Source: an uncultured bacterium (GTDB taxonomy: Bacteria; JAGOEH01). From it: a stretch of 43,257 nucleotides of DNA. Numbering within the stretch: position 1 is the first letter of the stretch; each line of letters begins with the position of its first letter. Positions 31,299 to 41,063 of the stretch are shown in pieces. Location of the stretch: NCBI GenBank assembly GCA_964632485.1, contig CAZWDO010000027.1, forward strand, positions 1 through 43,257, written 5' to 3'. A model generated the notes under the pieces. The model was given only the letters and a program-made list of their open reading frames with translations. It did not search any database and was not told where the DNA came from. Both the position numbers and the translations under genes were made by a program.

Positions 31299-34200
31299 AT
31301 GATGAATACTATCTATCCCGTCACGCCAACTGATTCATTATCACTTTTTCATCCACTAATCCAGGAATGGATTATTAATGAATACGGAAGCTTGTCTCCG
31401 ATCCAGACAGCCGCCTTTCCGCCAATTGCAAAGGGAGAAAACGTTTTATTAATTGCTCCCACAGGAAGTGGTAAGACGATTGCGGCTTTTTTATGGGCGC
31501 TCAACTGTTTCTTGCAGGGAGATTACCCGGTGGGAGATGGTCCCCGGGCGCTCTATATTTCCCCCTTGAAAGCGCTCAACAACGATATAGAACAAAACCT
31601 GATTTATCCATTGAACCAACTACGCGAGCTTTTTCATATAAATAAAACAGCATTCCCCTTTATCAACGTGGGAACCCGCAGCGGGGATACTCCGCCGGCT
31701 CACCGCGCCCGCATGTTGCGAAAACCTCCGGAAATTCTGATCACCACGCCGGAAAGTCTGAATTTAATCATCATCAGCCCCAAAGCCCGCCATCTCCTTG
31801 ATAAAATAAAAGTAGTCATTCTGGATGAAATTCATGCTTTAGCCGGTGATAAACGCGGAGTTTTTCTCACATCAGTCATCACACATTTATCTCACTATTG
31901 CGGAGAGTTCCAACGCATCGCCATCAGCGCCACAGTCAATCCCCCTGAAACAATCGCTCGATTTGCCGCGGGATACAGATTGGAAAATACAGATGGGACC
32001 CCCCATTACATTCCCCGTCCCATCACTATCATCCAGGCGCCTTCCGAAAAAAAATATCGGGTAAATATTTGTTCAGTTCCCATCCGACTCGCTTCAAACA
32101 GCGACGAAACTCATTACAAAGAACTGGCCCGCGTACTTAAAAAAATCATACTTAAAAATAAATCGACGCTGATTTTCACGAACACCAGGCGTCTATGTGA
32201 AACCCTGGCAGCGCTTATCAATGCTGAAAATAACCCGCCGCTGGTATATTCCCATCACGGATCCTTATCCCGTGAAATCAGACATATTGTAGAAAAAGGG
32301 TTGAAACAAGGGGAAATCAAAGGAATAATCGCCACCAGTTCGCTTGAGCTGGGGATTGATATCGGCGATCTGGATGAAGTCGTAATGGTGCAAGCGCCTC
32401 AAGGATTTGCCAATGGATTGCAGCGTGTAGGACGAGCGGGGCACGATTTGCGCCGTATTAGCCAGGGGACTATTTTCCCCCTCTACCCCATCGACACCCT
32501 CTATAGCCTGGTCATGGCCCAGGCCATTGAAACTCAGACCATCGAGCCTATCCAAATCATCCTCAATCCATTAGATATGCTGGCTCAGTTTATTCTAATT
32601 CTAAGTCTTGACCATTCCTGGCAGATCGATGCGCTCTATGATTTTATCCGAACCAACGCCAGTTTTCATACTTTAGAACGGGAATTATTCAATGCAACAG
32701 TGGACATGTTGTCAGGCCGATTTCAACATATTCGTTTGAAAGAACTGCAACCCCGGTTGGATTATAATTCCCGGGATCAGACTATCCGGTCAAAACCCGG
32801 TATTCGTTCCCTGCTCTATGCATCCGCGGGCGCAATTCCCGATCGGGGAAGCTACCAATTAGTTCTGGGCGAGAACAACAAAAAAATCGGGGAACTTGAT
32901 GAAGAATTTGTTTGGGAACGCCGTCTGGGCGATCGCTTCGAATTTGGCAATCGACGATGGAAGATTGTCAACATCAACCAGCGAACGGTTGAAGTTGTTC
33001 CCTGGTCAGGCTCAACAAATACCGCCCTGTTCTGGCGGGGTGAAAGCATGACTCGCTCCCTGCTGTTCTCAAATACAATTCTTAATTTATTGGAACAGAT
33101 CAACGATCATATTGAACGGAATATACCATTAAACGAATTGTGGGGAGCTCACTTTCAAAATCCTGAAGATCCGAGCGACATGGAAGACCTGTTTAAACGA
33201 CAGCGCGCGCATAGTAACGCCCCCTTGCCACATAGCAGACACATCCTTTGCGAACAAGCGCATAACACCAGCCGGGGGGATGGGTTCTATCAGTTGATCA
33301 TCCATACATTTCGAAGTCTGAGTATCAATTATCCCCTCGCCGCCGGACTCAACGAATTATTAGAAAAAAGATTCGCTCAAAAAATTGATTTCTATAGCGA
33401 TAATAACAGTATCGTTTTTAACTTGCCGCAAGCAATTCTCGAGAGTGAACTAAGGAGCTATCTAAGGCGAGAAAAACTGGAAAACGCCTGGCGGGTTCAT
33501 TTGGGAAAAACCGGGTATTTCGGCGCCCGATTTCGGGAAAATGCGTCGCGCGCTTTGTTGCTCCCCCGTTCAAACTTTAGGTCCCGTGTTCCGCTCTGGC
33601 TTTCCAGAGTTAAGTCGAAACAGCTCTATCAAGCGATCGCGCCCTACTCCGATTTCCCCATCTTGTTGGAAACGTGGCGCAACTGCTTTCATGACGAATT
33701 CAATATACCAGCGCTTTACCAACTTCTGGAAGATATTGAAGGGGGAACAATAGCCATCAGTTTAGTCGATATGTTTTGCTATTCGCCGCTGGCAGCCGGA
33801 ATTATTTGGTTGCAAACCAGCATCAACATGTATCAAGATGATACGCCTCGCCAGACAATTCGCGATCCGTTCACCGATCCACTTGGGGAAAAAATTAGCG
33901 GCAGCAGATGGGAAAGCGTACCGTTTGACCCCCTTTTACTTAGTGAATTCCAAATGCATCAAAAACGTCTATCCATAGAGCGCCTTCCCCAAAATGAAAC
34001 CGATTTTTTCAACTGGCTCGAAGATCGGATTTTTCTCGATTGTGAAGAGTGGCAACAGCAGTTCAAACTCCTGAAGCAAACACACCCCATCGAATCCTGG
34101 TTGAAATCGCTGCAGAACCGGATATGCTGGATTGAAAGAAGCGATGCGGGTACGCTGTTGCTTATGAGTACTTCCTCATATCGATTGCTCTGTCAGCTAT

Positions 34201-35867
34201 TACCCGATTGGAACCAGAATAAAATCTTTGGTTATGCGCATAAAAATGATTCCGCAGGGGAAAATTTAGAGACGATTAACTTTCAGGAACTGGGCCTGTC
34301 GTTGATGGCGCTCGCTTCCGCTGGTCTTAATTCGCCTCAAATGGCTGAACCCATCCAGTTTTCAGCAAATACTACACTACCCACTATTGAATTTATCCTT
34401 GAGCAATGGTTACGATATTATCCGGGTATTGAAATTGAATATTTTTCAAAAATTTTCGGTTTCGCTGAGAATAGACTCCATCAGCTTTTGGAACGTCAAC
34501 TGGAAAAACGGCGTTGGGTATTGGGAAAAAAGCAGCTATCCGGCAATATGGAATGGAGCTATTCTCTCCCCCGGGATAATGAACTGAAAAAATTGGGGGC
34601 ATACTGGCTCATTGACCATCAGGTATTACAAAACCTGCTTAAAAATACCAACCGCTACCGCTCACGCCAAATAGAGTCGCTGCCACTGGAATTGCTGCCG
34701 GCATATATCGCCCGAATTCAGCATCTCGACTCAGAAACTCAAGAAAAGATTCCGTGGCCTCAACTGCTTGAACCTCTTTTAGCCTATCCGCTCATGGCTG
34801 AATTGTGGGAACGCGAAGTGTTTCCCAGCCGAATCAGCGGATATCAAACTGAACAATTCGACAGCTTCTATCAATCACAAAACCTGCAGTGGGTAGGATG
34901 CGGCAAAGAAAAAATCATGTTCACCTTTCCCGAGGAACTCTCCCTTTTTCAGCTCGAACAAAAGCCATCCTATCTATTAGCGGATAACCGTGATTATATA
35001 ACATTGACACGTCTTAGTGAATCTTTAGGATTACCGCTTGACGAAACAGCAGAAAAACTATGGGAGGAAGTCTGGTCAGGAAAAATTACCAATGAACAAT
35101 GGTCCGTTCTCAGAAAAGGGATTCTTAACAGATTTAAAGCTCTCCCCATCACCAAATCCTCGGTTCCATCCAGAGGACGGCATAACTTTAATCGTTGGTT
35201 GAATACTCGTCCTTTTGAAGGCCGCTGGTTTATTCCCCGAAAACTATCAGAACCTCCGGATTCTGCCTGGGACGAACTGGAAAATCAAAAATTTCGCATT
35301 CGACAGTTAATCAAGCGGTACGGTATCATTTGTCGCGATTTACTCAAATACGAGTTGCCGGTATTTCAATGGTCGAACCTTGTATCGGGATTGAAAGTGA
35401 TGGAACTCAGCGGGGAATTGACTGCCGGAATCTATTTCACTCATCTTTCATTTCCCCAATATATGGCAACGGAAAATCTGAAGAATTGGACAGAATTCCA
35501 GAACCACCCCAGTCATTTCATATTGAATGCCACGGATCCCGCCTCATTAAGCGGATTGGGACTCTTTTCCGATCTTCCGGAGAGGCATTCCGCCAATCAT
35601 TTTGTCTATGCTCAGAATAAAATAGTTTTGATAAGTCGAATGAAGGCGCGGGATATTGAAATTGCGGAAGGGGCGTCGGCTGAAACGGTGATTCAGGCTT
35701 TTAGACTCTTTTATGGAATCGTTCAGCGTCGATTTAAACCCTGGAAAGTAGTAAAAGTTGAAACAATCAATCAGCAACCGGCATTAAAGAGCCATTGGCG
35801 GGAACATTTCGAGGCCTTTGGTTTCAAGCCTGATTATCACTCACTGATATACCGTTATGGATTTTAA
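31299..35867 (+). CDS. lhr: Lhr family SF2 ATP-dependent helicase, full length
   Basis: APTGSGKT, YISPLKALNND, ILITTPESL, DEIH, SAT, HHGSLS, ATSSLELGID, QRVGRAGH, GELDEEFV; long C-terminal region. Confidence 0.92.
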   Translation: MMNTIYPVTPTDSLSLFHPLIQEWIINEYGSLSPIQTAAFPPIAKGENVLLIAPTGSGKTIAAFLWALNCFLQGDYPVGDGPRALYISPLKALNNDIEQNLIYPLNQLRELFHINKTAFPFINVGTRSGDTPPAHRARMLRKPPEILITTPESLNLIIISPKARHLLDKIKVVILDEIHALAGDKRGVFLTSVITHLSHYCGEFQRIAISATVNPPETIARFAAGYRLENTDGTPHYIPRPITIIQAPSEKKYRVNICSVPIRLASNSDETHYKELARVLKKIILKNKSTLIFTNTRRLCETLAALINAENNPPLVYSHHGSLSREIRHIVEKGLKQGEIKGIIATSSLELGIDIGDLDEVVMVQAPQGFANGLQRVGRAGHDLRRISQGTIFPLYPIDTLYSLVMAQAIETQTIEPIQIILNPLDMLAQFILILSLDHSWQIDALYDFIRTNASFHTLERELFNATVDMLSGRFQHIRLKELQPRLDYNSRDQTIRSKPGIRSLLYASAGAIPDRGSYQLVLGENNKKIGELDEEFVWERRLGDRFEFGNRRWKIVNINQRTVEVVPWSGSTNTALFWRGESMTRSLLFSNTILNLLEQINDHIERNIPLNELWGAHFQNPEDPSDMEDLFKRQRAHSNAPLPHSRHILCEQAHNTSRGDGFYQLIIHTFRSLSINYPLAAGLNELLEKRFAQKIDFYSDNNSIVFNLPQAILESELRSYLRREKLENAWRVHLGKTGYFGARFRENASRALLLPRSNFRSRVPLWLSRVKSKQLYQAIAPYSDFPILLETWRNCFHDEFNIPALYQLLEDIEGGTIAISLVDMFCYSPLAAGIIWLQTSINMYQDDTPRQTIRDPFTDPLGEKISGSRWESVPFDPLLLSEFQMHQKRLSIERLPQNETDFFNWLEDRIFLDCEEWQQQFKLLKQTHPIESWLKSLQNRICWIERSDAGTLLLMSTSSYRLLCQLLPDWNQNKIFGYAHKNDSAGENLETINFQELGLSLMALASAGLNSPQMAEPIQFSANTTLPTIEFILEQWLRYYPGIEIEYFSKIFGFAENRLHQLLERQLEKRRWVLGKKQLSGNMEWSYSLPRDNELKKLGAYWLIDHQVLQNLLKNTNRYRSRQIESLPLELLPAYIARIQHLDSETQEKIPWPQLLEPLLAYPLMAELWEREVFPSRISGYQTEQFDSFYQSQNLQWVGCGKEKIMFTFPEELSLFQLEQKPSYLLADNRDYITLTRLSESLGLPLDETAEKLWEEVWSGKITNEQWSVLRKGILNRFKALPITKSSVPSRGRHNFNRWLNTRPFEGRWFIPRKLSEPPDSAWDELENQKFRIRQLIKRYGIICRDLLKYELPVFQWSNLVSGLKVMELSGELTAGIYFTHLSFPQYMATENLKNWTEFQNHPSHFILNATDPASLSGLGLFSDLPERHSANHFVYAQNKIVLISRMKARDIEIAEGASAETVIQAFRLFYGIVQRRFKPWKVVKVETINQQPALKSHWREHFEAFGFKPDYHSLIYRYGF

Positions 35868-35990
35868 ATCAAATATTATGTTAATTCCTATAGAGCAGTT
35901 ACATTATAAATATTAGCCTTTATCTATTGGAATCAATATCATTCTTCATCAATGTGCGCTATTTGTCATTAGGAATGTATCGAAAACCTT

Positions 35991-37445
35991 CTATTTCCGT
36001 TTCTTTTTTTTCAAGAAAGGATGATCATGTTCCTTACGAAATGATTTTTTTGCGAATTTATAAGGAGGCTTTTCATGAAAATGGGATCGAGTTAATCCCG
36101 ACAGAAGTTTTTTTAACCGGTCGCCAATGACACCAATTTGATCGGGGCCACTTTCCTGTTGTTGTACTAAAAGATAGGAAGCAAGTTTTAAAGCCGTATC
36201 CTTACTATTCAACTCAGCGACCAGGAGTTCGACCAAGGTTGAGGCTTCCGCATCAATCGGAGTATCCATAATTAATTCAGCCACATGATTAATGCGATCG
36301 CGGCGGATTTGGCGGAGAGTCGGCACCATTCGATTTTCAATATGAGTGCCCACATCTTTCTGAATCCGTTCCAGACGTCGAAATTCTTCAGGGGTCACCA
36401 ATGTAATCGCTGTCCCTTTTTTCCCAGCTCTGCCGGTACGTCCGATCCGATGGATATAGCTTTTAGAATCGAAGGGAATATGATAATTAAAAACATGTGA
36501 AATATCAGACACATCGAGACCCCGCGCCGCGACATCAGTGGCAATCAAAATCGCCGTCATACCTTTACGAAAGGCATTCATAACCTCATTCCGCTGAGTC
36601 TGTTCCATTTCGCCATGTAAAGCGCGTGTATTCAACCCTTTGGCGGATAATGACGTATTGAGCCGTTCCACTTCCACCCGGGTCCGACAAAAAAGAAGCG
36701 CTTTTTCAGGACGTTGATCTTCAATCAAGCGGATTACCGCATCTTCGCGCTCCCGTTCCTCGATAACATAATAAAGCTGATTAATATCACGATTAGTTGG
36801 CTCTTTAGCAGGAACGGTTTTGATAATGACCGGGTTCTTCAATATTTTATACGCTAATTCCTGAATAAGCCTTGGCATGGTTGCCGAGAAGAGTAGAGTT
36901 TGACGTTCTTCCGGCAAATATGAAATAATTTCCATGATATCATCATAAAAACCCATATCCAGCATCTCATCCGCTTCATCGAGGACAACCATGGAAGGAT
37001 GAAAATTTTTAATCTTACCGCCTTTAAGCAAATCTAACAACCGGCCGGGAGTAGCAGTCATTACCTGGATATCTTTTTTAAGCATTTTTAACTGCATGGT
37101 ATAGGAACTTCCGCCTAAAATAGTTCCCGTATGAATACCGGCGAAGCGTCCCAAACGGAATATCTCATCACTGACTTGCGTCGCCAGTTCGCGTGTCGGC
37201 GTCATCACCAGCAGCTCAATTCCTCCCATTTTTTTCATTCGATGCATAGTACCCAGTCCAAACGCGGCGGTTTTTCCGGTTCCGGTATGCGCCTGGCCAA
37301 TCAGATCAGCGCCGCTCATAATAACTGGGATCGTTTTTTCCTGGATTGGACTTGGAGCCTTAAAACCGGCAGCTTCAATACCTTGCATCAACAACGGATT
37401 TAAACCGAAATCCGCAAAACTCATATTCAGATCACTCGTTTCCAC
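35991..37445 (-). CDS. DEAD-box RNA helicase (DeaD/CshA-like)
   Basis: Q motif, AHTGTGKT, PTREL, DEAD, SAT, ARGLD, HRIGRTGRAG; basic tail; GTG start after AAGGA. Confidence 0.94.
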   Translation of the reverse strand: METSDLNMSFADFGLNPLLMQGIEAAGFKAPSPIQEKTIPVIMSGADLIGQAHTGTGKTAAFGLGTMHRMKKMGGIELLVMTPTRELATQVSDEIFRLGRFAGIHTGTILGGSSYTMQLKMLKKDIQVMTATPGRLLDLLKGGKIKNFHPSMVVLDEADEMLDMGFYDDIMEIISYLPEERQTLLFSATMPRLIQELAYKILKNPVIIKTVPAKEPTNRDINQLYYVIEEREREDAVIRLIEDQRPEKALLFCRTRVEVERLNTSLSAKGLNTRALHGEMEQTQRNEVMNAFRKGMTAILIATDVAARGLDVSDISHVFNYHIPFDSKSYIHRIGRTGRAGKKGTAITLVTPEEFRRLERIQKDVGTHIENRMVPTLRQIRRDRINHVAELIMDTPIDAEASTLVELLVAELNSKDTALKLASYLLVQQQESGPDQIGVIGDRLKKLLSGLTRSHFHEKPPYKFAKKSFRKEHDHPFLKKKKRK

Positions 37446-37551
37446 TCATTTTTCCTTTAACTGAAAATTAAAACCAATTTCAGCAATCAATAAAGACGTA
37501 AGAATCGATCAAACGCTTGATAAATAACTGAATTATTATTAAAACATAACT

Positions 37552-37580
37552 AAGATACAAAAAAACAAATCATAAGTCAA
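37552..37580 (-). promoter_or_regulatory. sigma70-like promoter of the DEAD-box helicase
   Basis: TTGACT-17 nt-TATCTT on the minus strand. Confidence 0.6.
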
Positions 37581-37872
37581 GACCTAATTATCTTTTAGTC
37601 CTAAATTGTTTGGAAATGTGATATCAGCCTGTCAGTGGCCACAAACTACTGCAAATGCAACCCTTGTATGTTCATTTATTATTAAACCTCAAATGCCACG
37701 ATACAAACCATACCTTACATCCTTCAGATTCTATTTTAAGTTCAGTCTATGGGCAAAAAACCCAATTTAGAATGAAAGCTGAAGAAGTTGGAAAAGAAAA
37801 TCATTGGAGAGCGCCACCTTGTTTTACCTCCATAGAGGAAGAATTAATTGTAATGATCAATTAAAAAATCGC

Positions 37873-37901
37873 TTGACAAACGCTTGCTTTTAATTTATAT
37901 T
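37873..37901 (+). promoter_or_regulatory. sigma70-like promoter upstream of tRNA-Thr
   Basis: TTGACA-17 nt-TATATT. Confidence 0.7.
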
Positions 37902-38066
37902 AGGACGAATGAAAAAGAGAAAAAGTAATGTTCGGATCTCTATTTTTAATCTTGTTTATTACAATCAATGATTGAAATAAACCAAGATATAGAATGAAGA
38001 ATTATTATACTTCAACGGTTAAAATAATAATTCATTCGATATTTATTTATAGAATAGAAGACGTAA

Positions 38067-38139
38067 GCCGAGATAGCTCAGCTGGTAGAGCAGCTGATTC
38101 GTAATCAGCAGGTCGTCGGTTCAAATCCGATTCTCGGCT
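38067..38139 (+). tRNA. tRNA-Thr(CGT); CCA not encoded
   Basis: Acceptor stem GCCGAGA/TCTCGGC, D arm AGCTCAGCTGGTAGAGC, anticodon stem GCTGA/TCAGC with loop TTCGTAA, T loop GGTTCAAATCC. Confidence 0.97.
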
Positions 38140-38166
38140 CTTAACTTACGAACATCATAAAAAGCC

Positions 38167-38208
38167 GTTGACCATATATTGACCACGGTTTTTGGGCGTT
38201 TGGTCAAC
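38167..38208. repeat. TTGACCA direct and inverted repeats, candidate integrase arm-type sites
   Basis: TTGACCA at 38168 and 38179; inverted TGGTCAA at 38201. Confidence 0.6.
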
Positions 38209-38229
38209 AACCATCAGTTTGATTCCGGT

Positions 38230-39285
38230 TTATATCTTATTGACATCATCCAGTAATTGGTCTTCGAGAACATGCGCATACCGCATGGTAGTCTTGACGT
38301 CCTTATGTCCCATCAATTCCCGGAGATTATGCAGGGGAACACCTTTGGCCGCCAGATAAGTCCCGAACGAATGGCGCAGACAATGGATGCTTTTGTTGAT
38401 TTGCAGTTTTTTCATCAGCTTGTTGAAAGCAGTCTTGATATCGGCGATGTGCGAGTCTTTATATTCAATCACATACCCGCTTCTGTTCTGTTCTTTCAGT
38501 TTCAATAAATATTCGATGGCTTTATCATTGAGTCTGCGGTATTGGGCTTTTCCCTGCTTGGTCTCCTTCAGCAAGATTTTACGCGTCGTAAAATTGATGT
38601 CCGAAAACTTTAGGTTCAGCAACTCCGATTTCCGCAATCCGGTATAAAAGGCTAAATAGATAAAATCCCGCAAGTGCCCATTGGAATGCTCGATCATCAA
38701 GTCAAACTCTTCTTTTGTGAAGAATTCGGTGATCTCGTTATCGACCAAGATCGATTTTACCCTATTAAAGACATTGGTTTCCAAAATTTCTTTCTCGACC
38801 AGCAAATTAAAAACCTGACGCATAGTAATTATTTCTTTATTTAACGATGATGGCTGTAATTCTTTGCGCCTCTTTTCGATGTATTGATTAATACGGTCAA
38901 TGGAAATGTTATGGACAAATTGTTTGCCAAAATATACTATAGGGTACTTCAAATAAACAATTTTGTTTCTAATATAATCAGTGCTGGGCTTGGAAGTAGT
39001 TCGACGCTTATAAACCTGATAAATATTGGTCTGAAGCGTCTGGATATACAAATCGCACGCATCATTAAACAACATGACGGGTTTCGTTTTTTGAGCCCGG
39101 CCGGTGATGTCTTCCTGGATGTATTGTGAAATCAACCCGTACGCGATATCATTCGCATTCTGCCTGGACATTTCGTCCGCCCACCCGATCGTTTTTTGAA
39201 TGCGGCGGCCATCGGGCAGCACCTTGCGAAGTCGATACCGCTTTCTGCCGTTGACTTCATCAACGGTTATAAGATCTTTCGCCAT
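38230..39285 (-). CDS. Tyrosine recombinase/phage integrase
   Basis: TGLRKSEL, TKQGK, HCLRHSF, LMGH, TMRY; N-terminal arm-binding-like segment; ATG 39285 preferred to GTG 39303. Confidence 0.95.
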   Translation of the reverse strand: MAKDLITVDEVNGRKRYRLRKVLPDGRRIQKTIGWADEMSRQNANDIAYGLISQYIQEDITGRAQKTKPVMLFNDACDLYIQTLQTNIYQVYKRRTTSKPSTDYIRNKIVYLKYPIVYFGKQFVHNISIDRINQYIEKRRKELQPSSLNKEIITMRQVFNLLVEKEILETNVFNRVKSILVDNEITEFFTKEEFDLMIEHSNGHLRDFIYLAFYTGLRKSELLNLKFSDINFTTRKILLKETKQGKAQYRRLNDKAIEYLLKLKEQNRSGYVIEYKDSHIADIKTAFNKLMKKLQINKSIHCLRHSFGTYLAAKGVPLHNLRELMGHKDVKTTMRYAHVLEDQLLDDVNKI

Positions 39286-39291
39286 ATCTAT

Positions 39292-39319
39292 ATAATAACA
39301 CAAAATACCTGAAAGTCAA
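39292..39319 (-). promoter_or_regulatory. Integrase promoter, probably leaderless
   Basis: TTGACT-16 nt-TATTAT with extended TGn, 6 nt before ATG 39285. Confidence 0.6.
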
Positions 39320-39468
39320 TATAAAAATTATGGTTGGTGGCGATTATTGTCGATTCATCTTTATGCAGAATAACATAGAGCCCTCAATCCCAGTAAAAAC
39401 ATTCAATCAGGAGTTTCCCGGTATCCACTCCCCTCCCCTCACACTCTCCCTTTTTTTCAGCATCCTTG

Positions 39469-40269
39469 CTATTCGTCGCCTCGCTGTCCATACAGCATGA
39501 CCATGGCCAGCAACGCCAATACCGGCAAATACTCCACACTATCCACCCAATTGATGGGCGTGATTTTTAACCGGTTGGCTTCGGCCCAAACGTTGATTCC
39601 AAACCGTTCTTTGAATTCTCCGTATATGCACATCCAGATTGTGCGTTCATTCACGCAACAGATTTCGCAATAATGTTTGATCATCCCCGTCAAGGCCGCC
39701 CGGATGCGGTTGTTCGATATATCACAACGGATCATCTCATCTATGGTTTGAAGGTGATTTCGAGAATCGAGCCGATCAGCGATTCCGGCCATCAGTGATT
39801 TTATTTCATCCATCTCAGCTTCCAGCGTCGATCCACTCCCGATTTGCAGTGGCCGCATCATGTCTTGAGCCAGTTGAAGCGCCATGTCGTAAACTTTATC
39901 GCGCGGCAAAAGATTGTGCTTATCGTATTGCTCGAAAATATGAAACGCAAAATCCATAAAATCATCCGCCTTGGGCTTTCGGCTCCAGCGGCAAATTTCC
40001 ATGACCCCCTTTCGGCTATATAAATATCGGGGATAGGTCTTGCCGTCGGCGCTAACCATTTCGACTACCACTGACAGCGAGTCCAACCGATCCGCATGTC
40101 GGCTATGAATTTTGGCGATGGCCTGCTCGGGAAACCGGTAGTCGAGGGCCTGCCCGATGCTTTCACGGGTCATATAAACTTCATCGGCCTCATCTTTCCA
40201 GAGCGTACACGGGGCGCCATCGAAGGATTCAGTCATCACGGCAACGAGAGAGAGATTATTGTTGTTCAT
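39469..40269 (-). CDS. BRO-N domain phage antirepressor-like protein
   Basis: YMTRESIGQALDY, DGKTY, GVMEICRWSRKPKADDFMDF; ATG 40269 after AAGGAG. Confidence 0.8.
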   Translation of the reverse strand: MNNNNLSLVAVMTESFDGAPCTLWKDEADEVYMTRESIGQALDYRFPEQAIAKIHSRHADRLDSLSVVVEMVSADGKTYPRYLYSRKGVMEICRWSRKPKADDFMDFAFHIFEQYDKHNLLPRDKVYDMALQLAQDMMRPLQIGSGSTLEAEMDEIKSLMAGIADRLDSRNHLQTIDEMIRCDISNNRIRAALTGMIKHYCEICCVNERTIWMCIYGEFKERFGINVWAEANRLKITPINWVDSVEYLPVLALLAMVMLYGQRGDE

Positions 40270-40507
40270 GTGTATCTCCTTGCCGGGATTCCGGCGGATT
40301 ACAGGGTTTAATCGTATTGTTTTTGACCAGGAATTCGGCGACATCATCGAGATCGAAATAGACGCGCCCGCCGATTTTGAAGAACGGCAATCCGATTCTG
40401 CGGTAATACCATAGCGTGCTCTCGCAGATGTTCAGCCGATTGCACAGTTCGCCGGATCGTATCAACCGGTCTTTGTTCATCAGAATTTGCATTTTCGTTT
40501 TGTCCAT
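40256..40507 (-). CDS. MerR/AlpA-like helix-turn-helix protein, probable excisionase
   Basis: ELCNRLNICESTLWYYRRIGLPFFKIGGRVYFDLDDV; AAGGAG RBS; upstream of the integrase. Confidence 0.82.
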   Translation of the reverse strand: MDKTKMQILMNKDRLIRSGELCNRLNICESTLWYYRRIGLPFFKIGGRVYFDLDDVAEFLVKNNTIKPCNPPESRQGDTHEQQ

Positions 40508-40633
40508 GCAAGACTCCTTCCAGGTGGTTTAATGTGATATGGTTCATATTGTTCACGATTAATATCTTGTTCACATTTTTCGCTTGAGTTTTGGCTCTTT
40601 TTGGAAGATTCCCCATGGAATTGAAAAAAAAGG

Positions 40634-40662
40634 TTGACAAATTCACGCAACTGCAATATATT
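40634..40662 (+). promoter_or_regulatory. Rightward sigma70-like promoter of the element
   Basis: TTGACA-17 nt-TATATT. Confidence 0.7.
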
Positions 40663-40751
40663 ATCAACAAGTCCAGAATCGAAAACGAAATTCAAGCCTG
40701 AACGTTCGATTCGGGTTCTATTTGGAAATGACTTGAGCCGCAAGGTGATCA

Positions 40752-41063
40752 ATGCAAAAACGAAACAAACGATACAATCGAACCCTTATGGATTCTATCA
40801 ATTTGATTCATTCAACCGACACATTTCAATCTAAAATTGACGAATCCTCTGTTTCGAAATGTTTTCATTTTATAATACCCTGTCATTCAATTGATTATTC
40901 TCAAATTAGAAACAATCGAAATAATAGAAATAAGCATTCATTTTATATCGTCAAATCTCAGTCCTGTTATGAAGGACGATCCTGTTTCAGAAACATAAAG
41001 CGCAGGGGCATGATTCCATTCACGCCTCAACAAACGATCCGAAACATGAAACCGATTTGTTGA
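40752..41063 (+). CDS. Possible hypothetical protein (103 aa)
   Basis: AAGGTG RBS and an upstream promoter, but no recognisable domain and it overlaps the repeats. Confidence 0.3.
   Translation: MQKRNKRYNRTLMDSINLIHSTDTFQSKIDESSVSKCFHFIIPCHSIDYSQIRNNRNNRNKHSFYIVKSQSCYEGRSCFRNIKRRGMIPFTPQQTIRNMKPIC

Noticed and set aside
37655..37864. 69-aa ORF and loose hairpins (37722-37784, 37805-37832) between divergent promoters
   Set aside because: No RBS or motif, and the pairing is plausible by chance
39425..39450. G-rich minus-strand tract as a G-quadruplex
   Set aside because: Only three runs of three or more G, with irregular loops
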